A stretch of DNA of 62,856 bases, the filler included, from Eubacteriales bacterium (lineage in GTDB: Bacteria; Bacillota; Clostridia; Oscillospirales; CAG-382), in the NCBI GenBank assembly GCA_045636665.1. It is 4 parts of 3 records of this genome, joined end to end, with 100 filler letters (N's around TTAATTAATTAA, not from the genome) between each part and the next. Parts side by side here need not be neighbours in the genome. Positions count along the whole stretch, not along the records: positions 34,957 to 60,056 come from JAZTXY010000086.1; 3 more parts are not named here. One strand, written 5' to 3'. Position numbers and translations under genes: made by a program. A model generated the notes under the pieces. That model searched no databases. It saw only the letters and a program-made list of their open reading frames with translations, and had not been told where the DNA came from. Below are positions 48,435 through 58,493 of this stretch, in pieces; the first letter of the stretch is position 1, and every line of letters starts with the position of its first letter.

Positions 48435-50737
48435 TAGCGTTCGATTTCCTCCATAACATAGGATTCGAGAATGTCGCCAACCTTAATATCGTTGAACTTT
48501 TCAAGACCGATACCGCATTCGAACGATTGAAGAACTTCCTTTGCGTCGTCCTTGAAGCGCTTGAGCGAAGAAATCTTGTCTTCATAGATAACTATGCCGT
48601 CACGTACAACGCGAACAAGCGAGTTTCTGGTAATCTTACCGTCTTGAACGTAAGAACCTGCGATAGTGCCGACGTTGGGAACGTGGATGCAGTTACGAAC
48701 CTCTGCGTGGCCTTGAACGTTTTCGCGGAATTTGGGAGCGGGCATACCCTTAAGCGCCGCTTCGATTTCTTCGATACAGTCGTAAATTACGCGGTAGGTA
48801 CGAATTTCAACCTTGTCGCGCGCCGCCATATCGATAGCATTCTTGTCGGGACGTACGTTAAAGCCGACAATGATTGCGTTGGAAGCGTTTGCGAGCATAA
48901 CGTCGCTTTCGGTAATACCGCCTGCACCTGCGTGGAGGACAGCAACCTTAACTTCTTCGTTTGAAAGCTTTGCAAGACTTGCCTTAACTGCTTCTGCAGA
49001 GCCTTGAACGTCTGCCTTGATGATGATATTGAGGTTCTTGATACCGCTTTCGATTTGCGAGAAGAGGTCGTCAAGTCTAACCTTGCTGCTGTTTTGTTCG
49101 TCTTCCTTCTTCTTCGCTTTGCGCTGTTCGGCAAGCTCACGAGCCATTCTTTCATCGCTTACCGCGCTGAACAAATCGCCTGCTTCGGGAACCTCTGCAA
49201 GACCCATAATTTCAACAGGAACCGAAGGACCTGCCGAAGGAAGTCTTCTGCCCTTATCGTCGGTCATAACTCTTACACGGCCTACTGCGGTACCTGCGAT
49301 AATGATGTCGCCTGTTTTAAGAGTACCGTTTTGAACGAGAAGTGTAGCAACCGCGCCCTTGCCCTTGTCAAGACGTGCTTCGATAACCGCACCCTTTGCC
49401 GCACGGTTGGGGTTAGCCTTGAGCTCGAGCATATCTGCGGAAAGAGTAATCATTTCCAAAAGCTCGTCGATACCTTGTCTGTGAAGCGCGGAAACGGGAA
49501 CAACAATGGTGTCGCCGCCCCATTCTTCGGGTACAAGCTCGTATTTGGTAAGCTCGGTCTTAACTCTGTCGGGGTCTGCGCCGGGACGGTCGATTTTGTT
49601 GATAGCTACGATAATGGTAACGCCTGCCGCCTTTGCGTGGTTGATAGCTTCAACAGTCTGGGGCATAATGCCGTCGTCTGCCGCAACTACAAGCACTGCA
49701 ACGTCGGTAAGGTTTGCACCACGGGCGCGCATTGCGGTAAACGCTGCGTGACCGGGGGTATCGAGGAAGGTAACCTCTCTGTCGCCAACATTAACGCGGT
49801 ATGCACCGATGTGCTGGGTAATGCCGCCTGCTTCGCCTGCGGTAACGTGGGTATCGCGGATAGCGTCGAGAAGCGAGGTTTTACCGTGGTCAACGTGACC
49901 CATAACAACAACTACGGGTGCACGGTTAACAAGGTTTTCTTCGCTGTCCTCGGTTTCGTCAAACAAACGGTCTTCAAGAGTAACGACAACCTCTTTTTCA
50001 ACCTTAATGCCGAATTCGTCTGCAATAAGGAATGCGGTGTCGTAGTCGATGGATTCGTTGACCGAAACCATCATACCCATAACCATAAGCTTCTTAATAA
50101 CCTCTGCCGCCGCGGTCTTCATACGCGATGCAAGCTCGGTAACGGTAATGGTTTCGGGTACGGTAATCTTCAATTGAACGGGCTTGGGCTTGAAAACCGG
50201 CTTTTGCATTTGTTGCTTTTTGTCCTGTTGTTGCTTTTTGCCCTTTGCCTGATCGTTGAATTTGTTCTTTTTCTTAATTTTTTGTACGCTCGTTTGGGTT
50301 TCGGGTACAACGCTGTCGTATTTAAGGATCTTTTCGTCGTACTTCGAAAGGTCAACGTTGGTAGTACCGCGGGTATCTACAACGCGAACCTCATCGCGCG
50401 AGCGCTTTTTCTGCGGCTGTTGCTGAACGCCTGCCGCTGCCTTCTTTTTGCGCTTTTCTTCATCTGCGGCTGCGCGAGCAGCTTCCTGCCCTTTGCGAAT
50501 TTCTTCCTTCTTTGCGTTCTTTTTGTCGTCAAATTCCTTAAAGAACGCAGTAATATCTACTTGGTTGTTCTGAGTAAGGGTTTCGAAAATAATCGAAAGC
50601 TCGTTCTCATCAAGAACAGCCATATGAGTTCTTCCGGCAAGACCGGCGTTATCGAGTATGGTGATAATATCCTTGCTCTTAACGTCAAAATCCTTAGCAA
50701 GCGCGTTAATTCTGTATTTCTCACTCGTTGTTGCCAT
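48434..50737 (-). CDS. infB: Translation initiation factor IF-2
   Basis: [41 protein letters not shown]. Confidence 0.98.
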   Translation of the reverse strand: MATTSEKYRINALAKDFDVKSKDIITILDNAGLAGRTHMAVLDENELSIIFETLTQNNQVDITAFFKEFDDKKNAKKEEIRKGQEAARAAADEEKRKKKAAAGVQQQPQKKRSRDEVRVVDTRGTTNVDLSKYDEKILKYDSVVPETQTSVQKIKKKNKFNDQAKGKKQQQDKKQQMQKPVFKPKPVQLKITVPETITVTELASRMKTAAAEVIKKLMVMGMMVSVNESIDYDTAFLIADEFGIKVEKEVVVTLEDRLFDETEDSEENLVNRAPVVVVMGHVDHGKTSLLDAIRDTHVTAGEAGGITQHIGAYRVNVGDREVTFLDTPGHAAFTAMRARGANLTDVAVLVVAADDGIMPQTVEAINHAKAAGVTIIVAINKIDRPGADPDRVKTELTKYELVPEEWGGDTIVVPVSALHRQGIDELLEMITLSADMLELKANPNRAAKGAVIEARLDKGKGAVATLLVQNGTLKTGDIIIAGTAVGRVRVMTDDKGRRLPSAGPSVPVEIMGLAEVPEAGDLFSAVSDERMARELAEQRKAKKKEDEQNSSKVRLDDLFSQIESGIKNLNIIIKADVQGSAEAVKASLAKLSNEEVKVAVLHAGAGGITESDVMLANASNAIIVGFNVRPDKNAIDMAARDKVEIRTYRVIYDCIEEIEAALKGMPAPKFRENVQGHAEVRNCIHVPNVGTIAGSYVQDGKITRNSLVRVVRDGIVIYEDKISSLKRFKDDAKEVLQSFECGIGLEKFNDIKVGDILESYVMEEIER

Positions 50738-50764
50738 ATGTTAATACCTCTTTTCTGGTCGGCT

Positions 50765-51085
50765 TTAGTTATCGCTCGACAGGCTTTTTTTATACGCAAT
50801 CACAAAATTTTCGTTTGTGAAGGCGATAGCAGCAGTGTTACTGTGACCGACCGCTCTGCCAAGCTCTTCTGTGGTAATATCGGTTTGTTCGGCGCATACT
50901 TTGTAGTATGCCGATTTATCGGTTAGGTTCTTAAGCGTGTTATCCGAAACGTCGGAGGCGATAAGCACGTGCTTTGCTTTTTTGTTTCTGACTGCTTCAA
51001 GCACTTGATTCGTGCCGATAACAATGCCTCTTGCCCTTGCGGCAAGACCGATAACGCCCAACGTATTTTTATTCAAATCGTTCAC
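50765..51085 (-). CDS. ylxQ: L7Ae/L30e family RNA-binding protein (YlxQ)
   Basis: GLAARA..G, IASDVS.NT, ELGRAVG; operon position; GTG start. Confidence 0.9.
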   Translation of the reverse strand: MNDLNKNTLGVIGLAARARGIVIGTNQVLEAVRNKKAKHVLIASDVSDNTLKNLTDKSAYYKVCAEQTDITTEELGRAVGHSNTAAIAFTNENFVIAYKKSLSSDN

Positions 51086-51091
51086 GCTCCT

Positions 51092-51364
51092 TTATTGACA
51101 GCTTTCGCTTAAAGCTTCGCGAAGCGCTTTATAAATTTCGTCGGGGATTTTTGTTTTGAATGCTCTTTCCAAGCGTTTTGCCTTGACCGCGGCATCAAAA
51201 CAGTTGATGCAGTTGCAAATATATGCTCCTCTGCCCGGCATCTTGCCGACAGGGTCGATATTCATAACGCCTTCGTTGCTGCGGACAATTCGTATAAGCT
51301 CGCGCTTTTCCTTCATTTCGTTGCAACCGATGCATTTTCTCATCGGGACCTTTTTTTCAGTCAA
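51092..51364 (-). CDS. ylxR: YlxR (RnpM) family protein
   Basis: PMRKCIGC..K.ELIRIV, GRGAYIC..C. Confidence 0.94.
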   Translation of the reverse strand: MTEKKVPMRKCIGCNEMKEKRELIRIVRSNEGVMNIDPVGKMPGRGAYICNCINCFDAAVKAKRLERAFKTKIPDEIYKALREALSESCQ

Positions 51365-51385
51365 GATGCCACCTCCTCGGATAAA

Positions 51386-52435
51386 TTATTCCTCGGATAC
51401 GCTACGGCTGCTTTTAATGTCGATCTTAAAGCCGGTAAGCTTTGCGGCAAGTCTTGCGTTTTGACCCTCCTTGCCGATTGCAAGTGAAAGCTGATCGTCG
51501 GCAACGGTAACACGGTAGGATCTGTCGCCGTCGGGGAGCTTAACAACCGATTCAACCGTTGCAGGTGCGAGAGCCGCGCTGATAAATGCTTCGGTATCAT
51601 CGTTGTAGAGAATAATATCAAGCTTTTCGCCGAAAAGCTCTGCGGTGATGTTGTTCTTTCTTGCGCCCTTGGGACCAATGCAAGCGCCGATAGCGTCAAC
51701 GCGTTCATCATTGGAAGCAACTGCGATTTTTGTACGGCTGCCTGCTTCGCGTGCGATGCGCTTGATTTCAACGGTGCCGTCCTTGATTTCGGGAACCTCA
51801 AGCTCGAAAAGACGTGCAACAAGACCGGGATGTACGCGCGAGAGGATTATGCTCGGGCCACGCGCTTCTTTTTTGATTTCGGTAATGAATACCTTAATTC
51901 TGTCGCCGACCTGAAGCGTTTCGCCGGGGATTTGTTCGTTACGGAAAAGAACCATTTCGTTCTTGCCGATTTCAAGAGTTGCGTTAGCGGTGGTGGGATC
52001 AACACGAACAACGACTGCGGAAACGATTTCTTCCTTCTTTTCTTCGTATTCGCGGATCATATTTCCGCGTTCTGCTTCGCGGATACCTTGAATGATAACC
52101 TGCTTTGCGGCTTGAGCGGCGATTCTGCCGAAGAGCTTTGTTTTAAGCTCGATCTCATAAATATCGCCAAGCTTGTATCTCTTGGATTTCATATGAGCGT
52201 CGTCAAGCGAAATTTCGGTTGCGGGATCAAGAACCTCGTCAACAACGGTAAGCTGCTTGTAAAGCTTAACGTCTTGCTTAACGGTGTCAAGCTTAACTCT
52301 TGCGTTTTCGTTACCTGCGTTTTCCTTGCGGAATGCGGAAAGCAACGCCGCCTCGATCCTTTCAATCATATATTCTTTTGAAATTCCTTTTTCCTTTTCG
52401 AGAAGGTCGAGCGACTCGAACAGTTCCTTATTCAT
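51386..52435 (-). CDS. nusA: Transcription termination factor NusA
   Basis: GRIAAQAAKQ, LFELEVPEI, AREAGSRTKIAV, LSLAIGKEGQNARLA; ATG 52435 with RBS AAGGAG. Confidence 0.97.
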   Translation of the reverse strand: MNKELFESLDLLEKEKGISKEYMIERIEAALLSAFRKENAGNENARVKLDTVKQDVKLYKQLTVVDEVLDPATEISLDDAHMKSKRYKLGDIYEIELKTKLFGRIAAQAAKQVIIQGIREAERGNMIREYEEKKEEIVSAVVVRVDPTTANATLEIGKNEMVLFRNEQIPGETLQVGDRIKVFITEIKKEARGPSIILSRVHPGLVARLFELEVPEIKDGTVEIKRIAREAGSRTKIAVASNDERVDAIGACIGPKGARKNNITAELFGEKLDIILYNDDTEAFISAALAPATVESVVKLPDGDRSYRVTVADDQLSLAIGKEGQNARLAAKLTGFKIDIKSSRSVSEE

Positions 52436-52976
52436 TTTCGTTCTCCTTGTTTTCTTCCTCCGGTTCGGTTTCGATTTCGGTTTCGAACTCGGCATTTATC
52501 TTGGATATTTGTTTCTTGTTGAATGTGCGTGTTGTTCCTTCGCTGTTAAGGACGATATTTTCGCCGTCGAAGGATTCGATAACGCCAACGTATTCCTTGC
52601 TGCCGTCAACAGCAACGTAAAGTCCCAATGTAACGTCTAATTTGTTATCCATTGCGAACTTGATATGCTCGTCACGGTCTAACGGGCGGACCGTTCCCGC
52701 AGACGATACCTGAAGACAATAGCTTTCCTCGATCGGGTCAAGCTCGTCGATCATCGGTTCGATAAGACGGGTAACCTCCGAACAGTCGTTGATCGAAATA
52801 CCGCCAAGCTTATCAATCGATATTTCGAGAATCATTTCGGGGCCTTCTTTGTAATAGGCAACGTCCCAAAGGGTATAGCCTGCATTGAGAATAGGTTCTT
52901 CAACCAATGCTCTTACCTTTGCGGCGATGTTCTTTAAAGCGCCGCCTTTAGATGCCGCTTTTTTCTTATCAGCCAT
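52428..52976 (-). CDS. rimP: Ribosome maturation factor RimP
   Basis: DC..V, LDPI..Y.L.VSS.G..RPL; first gene of the operon; RBS GGAGG. Confidence 0.93.
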   Translation of the reverse strand: MADKKKAASKGGALKNIAAKVRALVEEPILNAGYTLWDVAYYKEGPEMILEISIDKLGGISINDCSEVTRLIEPMIDELDPIEESYCLQVSSAGTVRPLDRDEHIKFAMDNKLDVTLGLYVAVDGSKEYVGVIESFDGENIVLNSEGTTRTFNKKQISKINAEFETEIETEPEEENKENENE

Positions 52977-52994
52977 AAATCCTCCATTCAAGAC

Positions 52995-53022
52995 TCAAGA
53001 GAGGGCTTGCACCCTCTCTTGA
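52995..53022 (-). promoter_or_regulatory. Hairpin in the rimP 5' leader (rimP-leader-like)
   Basis: TCAAGAGAGGG/CCCTCTCTTGA stem just upstream of the rimP RBS; similar hairpins precede rimP in many Firmicutes. Confidence 0.55.
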
Positions 53023-53090
53023 TAACTTACTTTTCTTTATGGCATTATTATACCACACTTATTTCGCTTTTACAATAGGTTTTTAAAAAA

Positions 53091-53870
53091 TCATTCGCTT
53101 TTGGCCATATATTTTTCTGCCATTTCCCAATCGACGAATAATAATTTTTGCTTTTTTCCCTTTGATGTGGCAATAGAGCGTTCCGATATAACGTTATTTT
53201 CCATAAGCGTCTTCATCGCAGAAGAAATCTTCTGCTTCGAAGCATTGCCGCGCGACTTCTTTGCCGCTACTTCTATTGCCTCGTTGTAGGTAGGTCCGGG
53301 ACTGTTTTTGAGATAATCAAAGATATGCTTGTAAAAGCTTTCGTTAATGTCTTGTTCGGTGGGCAGAGTGTAGAAAACGTTTGCGGTTTCCTTGAGCTGC
53401 TTGGAAAACGAACCGTTTACGCCGTAAATAACGACCTGCTTGTGATAAAAGTTCTTTAAAAACGATGTTACCGAACCGAAATGACCGTCGCCGGAGAAGA
53501 GGATGAAAACCTCGATATCGTCCGAAGAAAGCGCCTTTTGATACATATTATCGAGAATAATGAAATCGGTGAAATCCTTTTGTACTCCGTTGGGGCTTCG
53601 CGTATCTATTATTTTATTGGAGTAAAGACGGATACGACCAATCTCGTCGGCAAGACTTTTGTGAGAAAAGTCTGCGAAAAAGTTCACTTCCATAAGGTTG
53701 AATTTGGAATTAAGGTCTTCAAACCACGCCTTGATATTCGGTTGCAAGCCGTAATTGTTTTTAAGTGATATGTACCAGTGCTCGTAATCGACGAATGCGG
53801 CGGCTTTAGGAAGTGCGCTTTGACTTGCGGATTCCTGCTTTGAGGGTTCTTTTTTGAAAAAGCTTAAAAT
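53091..53870 (-). CDS. NYN (LabA/DUF88, PIN-like) domain protein; probable ATT start
   Basis: AFVDYEH, KDFTD, FSGDGHF, VVIYG, S..L..A..F NYN motifs; the first motif lies upstream of the track start (53747); AAAGGAGG sits 7 nt before the in-frame ATT at 53870. Confidence 0.85.
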   Translation of the reverse strand: MLSFFKKEPSKQESASQSALPKAAAFVDYEHWYISLKNNYGLQPNIKAWFEDLNSKFNLMEVNFFADFSHKSLADEIGRIRLYSNKIIDTRSPNGVQKDFTDFIILDNMYQKALSSDDIEVFILFSGDGHFGSVTSFLKNFYHKQVVIYGVNGSFSKQLKETANVFYTLPTEQDINESFYKHIFDYLKNSPGPTYNEAIEVAAKKSRGNASKQKISSAMKTLMENNVISERSIATSKGKKQKLLFVDWEMAEKYMAKSE

Positions 53871-53929
53871 ACAATAACCTCCTTTCTCGGTATTTTACTG
53901 CATTATTATACTCTTTCGCCCTTTTTATG

Positions 53930-54643
53930 TCAATAGTTTTGCTCTAACAGAAATTCCTTTAACTGAACGATTATCTTCTTTTCAAGCCGTGAAATATAGC
54001 TTTGCGATATCCCCAATATGTCCGCGACCTCCTTTTGGGTAAGCTCGTTTCCGTTTCGGTTGATGCCGTAACGAAGCTCGATAATATGCCGATCGCGGTC
54101 GTTTAATGATGCCAAAGCGCGGTTTATCATCTTCTTTTCCTCGCTTTCTTCGATGCTTTTGTAAACGTAATCGTTTTCGGTGCCCAAAACGTCGGAAAGC
54201 AAAAGCTCGTTTCCGTCGTAATCGACGTTTAACGGCTCGTCGAGTGAAAGCTCGGTCTTTTGCCCGTTATTCTTCCGCAAAAACATAAGTATTTCGTTTT
54301 CGATACAGCGCGAGGCATAGGTCGCCAATTTGATTTGCTTGTCGGCGCGGAAGGTGTTTATCGCCTTTATCAGACCGATAGTGCCGATCGAAACAAGGTC
54401 CTCGATCCCCACCGACGTGCTTTCAAACTTACGCGCGATATATACCACAAGCCGAAGATTGTGCTCGATAAGTATCTTTTTTGCGTTTTCGTCAATCTCT
54501 ATCCGTTCGATAAATTCCGCCTCCTCCTCGCTCGAAAGCGGCGGCGGAAGCGTTTGTGGGCCGTTTATGTAAAATATCTCGTCACTGACGCCCAAAACCT
54601 CTCTTATCCAATGTATCACGAGGTCGATTTTCTTGGTTTTCAT
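53930..54643 (-). CDS. sigE: RNA polymerase sporulation sigma factor SigE (pro-sigma-E)
   Basis: Pro-sequence, [53 protein letters not shown]; downstream of spoIIGA. Confidence 0.95.
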   Translation of the reverse strand: MKTKKIDLVIHWIREVLGVSDEIFYINGPQTLPPPLSSEEEAEFIERIEIDENAKKILIEHNLRLVVYIARKFESTSVGIEDLVSIGTIGLIKAINTFRADKQIKLATYASRCIENEILMFLRKNNGQKTELSLDEPLNVDYDGNELLLSDVLGTENDYVYKSIEESEEKKMINRALASLNDRDRHIIELRYGINRNGNELTQKEVADILGISQSYISRLEKKIIVQLKEFLLEQNY

Positions 54644-54657
54644 TCGTTTTCTCCTTT

Positions 54658-55476
54658 TTAAAGTATGCTTGTCGGCACAAGACCGTCGTAACCCGAATAA
54701 TTGCGGTTTTCGGTATCGATTCCGATAAATGCGTCAACCTTTTTCGGCGCTTTCATCGGGGTGATGATTTCTATTTTGTCGGGACGGAATCCCAAAAAAC
54801 AGCTCTTTCCCGCGCTTGTCGAGAAGGGGATAGCCCTTAACGGCAAAGGGAAGATATCGCTTTCGGGCGTATCGTAGGGATAGGGAAGGCAGGAGGATGA
54901 AATTACGATTACGGGAAGCGACGAAAACGGCTCGGTTACAAGGTTTCCGCTGTCGCAAAGCAGATGCGCCGATATTTTTTCATCTCCGATATAAATCCTC
55001 ACGTTGGTCGATCGGGTATGCAGCTTTTTCTTGCAAATAAGCCCGTAGGAAAGTGTGATGGAAACCGAAAGAAGACATATAAGACAAAACGAAAGCGAAT
55101 CGGTTTCGGTGTACGCGCCGTCGGAATATCTGCCCGAAATATTGTAAATTGCGGTTATGAGTCCGCCCATAAGCGCCGCCGAAATCACGAAAGCGCCGGT
55201 AATAAGTAAAAACTTTTTCAAATCAAGCTTGCCGAATGCGATAAAGCAAATCAATGCCGCCGCGCCGATATGTAAAAACAGCATTAACGGAATGGGAAGC
55301 TCTATTATATAAGGTACAAACGAATAGATTCCGCCGAACACCGAAGCCGCCAATAACCGCAACGCCTTGCAAAGAGTGTTTTGCAATCGCCCTGCGATAA
55401 AAAGGCAAAGGTAATCCAACGAAAAATTTATTAAAAACAGAATGTCGGCATAAATCACGACCTGTCCGTCATACAT
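54658..55476 (-). CDS. spoIIGA: Sigma-E processing peptidase SpoIIGA
   Basis: [15 protein letters not shown] helices, catalytic DSGN..EP, PD. Confidence 0.92.
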   Translation of the reverse strand: MYDGQVVIYADILFLINFSLDYLCLFIAGRLQNTLCKALRLLAASVFGGIYSFVPYIIELPIPLMLFLHIGAAALICFIAFGKLDLKKFLLITGAFVISAALMGGLITAIYNISGRYSDGAYTETDSLSFCLICLLSVSITLSYGLICKKKLHTRSTNVRIYIGDEKISAHLLCDSGNLVTEPFSSLPVIVISSSCLPYPYDTPESDIFPLPLRAIPFSTSAGKSCFLGFRPDKIEIITPMKAPKKVDAFIGIDTENRNYSGYDGLVPTSIL

Positions 55477-55496
55477 AAAAAACACCTCTCGGCTTG

Positions 55497-55530
55497 ATTA
55501 TATCAAATCGAAAGGGTGTATTTTGTCGTA
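55497..55530 (-). promoter_or_regulatory. spoIIG-type promoter with a Spo0A-box-like site over the -35
   Basis: TATAAT (55502-55497), 21-nt spacer, TGTCGTA at 55524-55530 (one mismatch to TGTCGAA); resembles the long-spacer Bacillus spoIIG promoter. Confidence 0.5.
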
Positions 55531-55553
55531 ATTAAAGGGAGGGTACGAATTTT

Positions 55554-55736
55554 TTGAAAAAACCGTTTTTTAAATTCACAGCCGTCGGCGACAGATTGCG
55601 TATCGCTTTGTTTTTGCTTTTGCTTGTGTTGGCGTTTTCGCTTTTTCTGTTACCGCGTGATGCGGTCGCGGTAATGTCGTCGGGAGAGGGAGGAGCACCG
55701 AAAAGTCTTTTCGGACTGTTGAGCCGTCTTGCGTAA
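55554..55736 (+). CDS. Small single-TM hypothetical protein
   Basis: TTG start, RBS AAAGGGAGG, one hydrophobic helix; overlaps the next gene's start. Confidence 0.55.
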   Translation: MKKPFFKFTAVGDRLRIALFLLLLVLAFSLFLLPRDAVAVMSSGEGGAPKSLFGLLSRLA

Positions 55737-56316
55737 TATGTTTTTGGTTTTTCCGCGTATTCGTATGCGAATATCGGTATTCGCTCTGCCCGCGATGCTC
55801 ATAATGCTTTGGCTGGAAGGCGTTTTGCCGTTTTTAATGCTTGTCGTTTCGGCGGCGATTCACGAAATCGGGCATATTTTTGCGATGAAGTTTCTCGGCT
55901 ACCGCGCTCGCAGGGTTGATATATTACCGATGGGCGCGCTTATTGTTTGCCCCGAATCGATTACTTATAGGGATGAAGCTCTTATCGCGCTTTCGGGCCC
56001 GTTTGCATCCTTGACGGCTTCGATGATCGCCTTTTGCGTTTATGCGGCGGAGAGCAATGCATATTCCTTCTTTTTCGCTTTCGTGAATACGGTGCTCGCC
56101 CTTTTTAATTTGCTTCCGATTGAGAAGCTTGACGGCGGCAAGGCGCTTGCCTGCGTTCTTCTTCATAAAAGCAAAGAAAACTGCGAGCGTATTTGCTCGG
56201 CAGTTTCCAAGGTCACAAAATTATTACTTGTTTTAATTATAGCTTGCGGAATTGCTTCGTCTGGCTGTAATCTCGGTGTAATATTGCTGTCGGTTACATT
56301 GCTTTTACAGCTTTAA
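55729..56316 (+). CDS. M50 family site-2 metalloprotease (SpoIVFB-like)
   Basis: HEIGH, IALSGP, FNLLPIEKLDGG. Confidence 0.88.
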   Translation: MRNMFLVFPRIRMRISVFALPAMLIMLWLEGVLPFLMLVVSAAIHEIGHIFAMKFLGYRARRVDILPMGALIVCPESITYRDEALIALSGPFASLTASMIAFCVYAAESNAYSFFFAFVNTVLALFNLLPIEKLDGGKALACVLLHKSKENCERICSAVSKVTKLLLVLIIACGIASSGCNLGVILLSVTLLLQL

Positions 56317-56324
56317 AGAGAGAT

Positions 56325-56358
56325 AAAAAACGTCCGACTCGTAATGAGTCGGACGTTT
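56325..56358. terminator. Terminator between convergent genes
   Basis: AAACGTCCGACTC/GAGTCGGACGTTT. Confidence 0.75.
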
Positions 56359-56367
56359 AACGTTAAA

Positions 56368-58242
56368 TTATTCTTCGGGGTTTCTTGCTTCGCTAACGAT
56401 AGCTTCGCTTTCGTTAACTGCGCGCCAATCATCAAGCTCAAGCTTGCCGAAATCAACGTAACCGAACCAGCTGTCATCATCATAACCGCTGATCATATCG
56501 TCGTTAGCAACGTAGCTTCTGGAGTACCAGAACAACATGGTTGCGGGGCAGAGCTCGGTGAGCTTGGTTTCTGCCTGGTGGAGAAGATTTGCACGTTGTG
56601 CGCGGTCGGTGCAGAAGAGAGCTTCGGTGATAAGCTTGCTGTAATCTGCATCGTCGAAGTTGGAATAGTGGGTGTTGAAGATTTCCTGATCGTTTGCAAC
56701 GGTGTTGTCAACTGCAACGCCTGTGCCGCTGTATTCCTTAGCGAAGGGTGCGAGGTAGGAGAATGCGTCAACCGAGCCGCTCACGATATTAACACCGATT
56801 ACCTGGTAATCTCTGCTAATGAGTGCCTGGGTGTACTTTTCAGGATCAAGTCCGCGGTATTCAACCTTGAATCCAAGCGCTTCCCAGCACTTGCCTGCAG
56901 CTTCTGCAGCAGCTTTGTAGCTGTTGGAATCATAGTTGATGTACTTCTTGTATCTTCTTACAGTGAAATCGTTTTGAGGAATAAGGTAGGTGATGGTGAT
57001 AGTGCCCTTCTTACCCTTGAGAAGCGCTTCTGCTCCGGGCTTATCTGCGCCGGTGTTGTAAACGTTGCCGCCTTCGGTACGGAAATCGGAATCCTTATCG
57101 GTGTTGAAAACGCCGTTGGGAACGTAACCGGTTGCGGGAACCTCGCCGGTGCCGATAGCGTTTGCAATAGCGGTTCTGTCAAGTGCGAGCGAGAGACCTT
57201 TACGGGTGTCAGCATCCTTAAGAAGATCGTTTGCGGTGTTGAAATAGAACGCATAACCGTTAAGGGTTTGCTTTGTGTTGAGCTTGTCGCTATAGGATGC
57301 ATAGGTTTGTGCATCGAAGGAGCTCAAATAATAAAGCTCGCCTGCGTTGAAGCGCGATGCTTGGAAGGTTTCCTGAGTAAAGCCGTGTTCGTTAGGATAG
57401 AAATCGGTTTGACCTTCCATATAGTAGCAGGTAATACGGTAGGGAAGAACTTCGGAATCGAGCGCATCTTCTTCAGGGTCGCGAACATAATATGCGTTAC
57501 GTTCGAGAACGAGCTTACAAGCGAATTTGCCGCTGAAGTCCTGTTCGTCTTCTCTTTGTTCACGGGGCATATCCATCGACTGAACGCGGAATTTACCGTT
57601 ACAAACGATGTTAGCTGCGCTGCCTGCCCAGTCTTCATTGTTCTTTTCATAACGGGTAACGATATCTTCGCGGGAGGGAGCGAGGTGGATGTTCGCAACC
57701 TGTTCAGCGAAAAGGTCGTAATCGTATTCCTGTTCAAAGGTTACTTCGAGAAGGGTATCGTCAACTGCCGCAAGACCGAGGTCGTCGATAGTGCCGACGC
57801 CCGACTTAACGTCTCTTGCACCCTTGATGCCGAAAAGAAGCGAAGCATAGGGGCTGTCTGTTTCGGGAGAGAGAATTCTTCTCCAAGCGTAAATAACGTC
57901 ATCTGCGGTAACGTTACGGTTGTCGCTCCATTTTGTTTCCTTAAGCTCGAAATACATTTTGTGGAGCTGATAAATTTCATCGTAATCATAATACCATTCG
58001 GTTGCGAGGCAGGGTTGAACGTTGCCGTCTTCATCGATGGTGGTGAGAGGTTCGAAGATCAACGAAAGGATCTGTTCAACATCGCTGTTGAGCTGAACCA
58101 CTGCAGGGTCGAGAGTATAGGGGTAATCGGTGAGATAGACGCGGATGTTCGCGCCTTTTTCTTCTTCGGTAAGGCTGTCACAGCTTGCGAGAACGCTTAC
58201 ACACATAAGAAGACAGAGCATGAGAGAAATAAATTTTTTCAT
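56368..58242 (-). CDS. Oligopeptide ABC transporter substrate-binding lipoprotein (OppA family 5)
   Basis: Lipobox LASC; TLDPA, FEPL, KWSD..VTADD..YAWRR, NGKF, RKGLSLALDR. Confidence 0.9.
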   Translation of the reverse strand: MKKFISLMLCLLMCVSVLASCDSLTEEEKGANIRVYLTDYPYTLDPAVVQLNSDVEQILSLIFEPLTTIDEDGNVQPCLATEWYYDYDEIYQLHKMYFELKETKWSDNRNVTADDVIYAWRRILSPETDSPYASLLFGIKGARDVKSGVGTIDDLGLAAVDDTLLEVTFEQEYDYDLFAEQVANIHLAPSREDIVTRYEKNNEDWAGSAANIVCNGKFRVQSMDMPREQREDEQDFSGKFACKLVLERNAYYVRDPEEDALDSEVLPYRITCYYMEGQTDFYPNEHGFTQETFQASRFNAGELYYLSSFDAQTYASYSDKLNTKQTLNGYAFYFNTANDLLKDADTRKGLSLALDRTAIANAIGTGEVPATGYVPNGVFNTDKDSDFRTEGGNVYNTGADKPGAEALLKGKKGTITITYLIPQNDFTVRRYKKYINYDSNSYKAAAEAAGKCWEALGFKVEYRGLDPEKYTQALISRDYQVIGVNIVSGSVDAFSYLAPFAKEYSGTGVAVDNTVANDQEIFNTHYSNFDDADYSKLITEALFCTDRAQRANLLHQAETKLTELCPATMLFWYSRSYVANDDMISGYDDDSWFGYVDFGKLELDDWRAVNESEAIVSEARNPEE

Positions 58243-58445
58243 ATTGACCTCCGGACATAACATTCCAGCATTAGTTACTGCTAATTATAACACCCTTTTG
58301 TCAAATAATCAAGAGTCATTTATCTATTTGTTGAATGTTACAAATTACGCATCCTAAAATTGTGCAAATGATAAAATAATACGTAATTATAAAGTAGGCT
58401 TGATGTTTATAACGGCTTTTTTATCGGTTTTCGGATAAAAAAACA

Positions 58446-58472
58446 GATGCGACGGAGTGAATCCGTCGCATC
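58446..58472 (-). terminator. Terminator after hppA
   Basis: GATGCGACGGA/TCCGTCGCATC stem with minus-strand T tract. Confidence 0.75.
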
Positions 58473-58493
58473 GTATGAACGTTAACAGTTAAA

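Noticed and set aside
47280..48750. Prolines at usually conserved positions (NrnA KVPMRS, IF-2 GMPAP)
   Set aside because: Each is one T-to-C change from the usual residue. They cannot be told apart from consensus errors or neutral variants without reads, and they are not evidence of editing or recoding.
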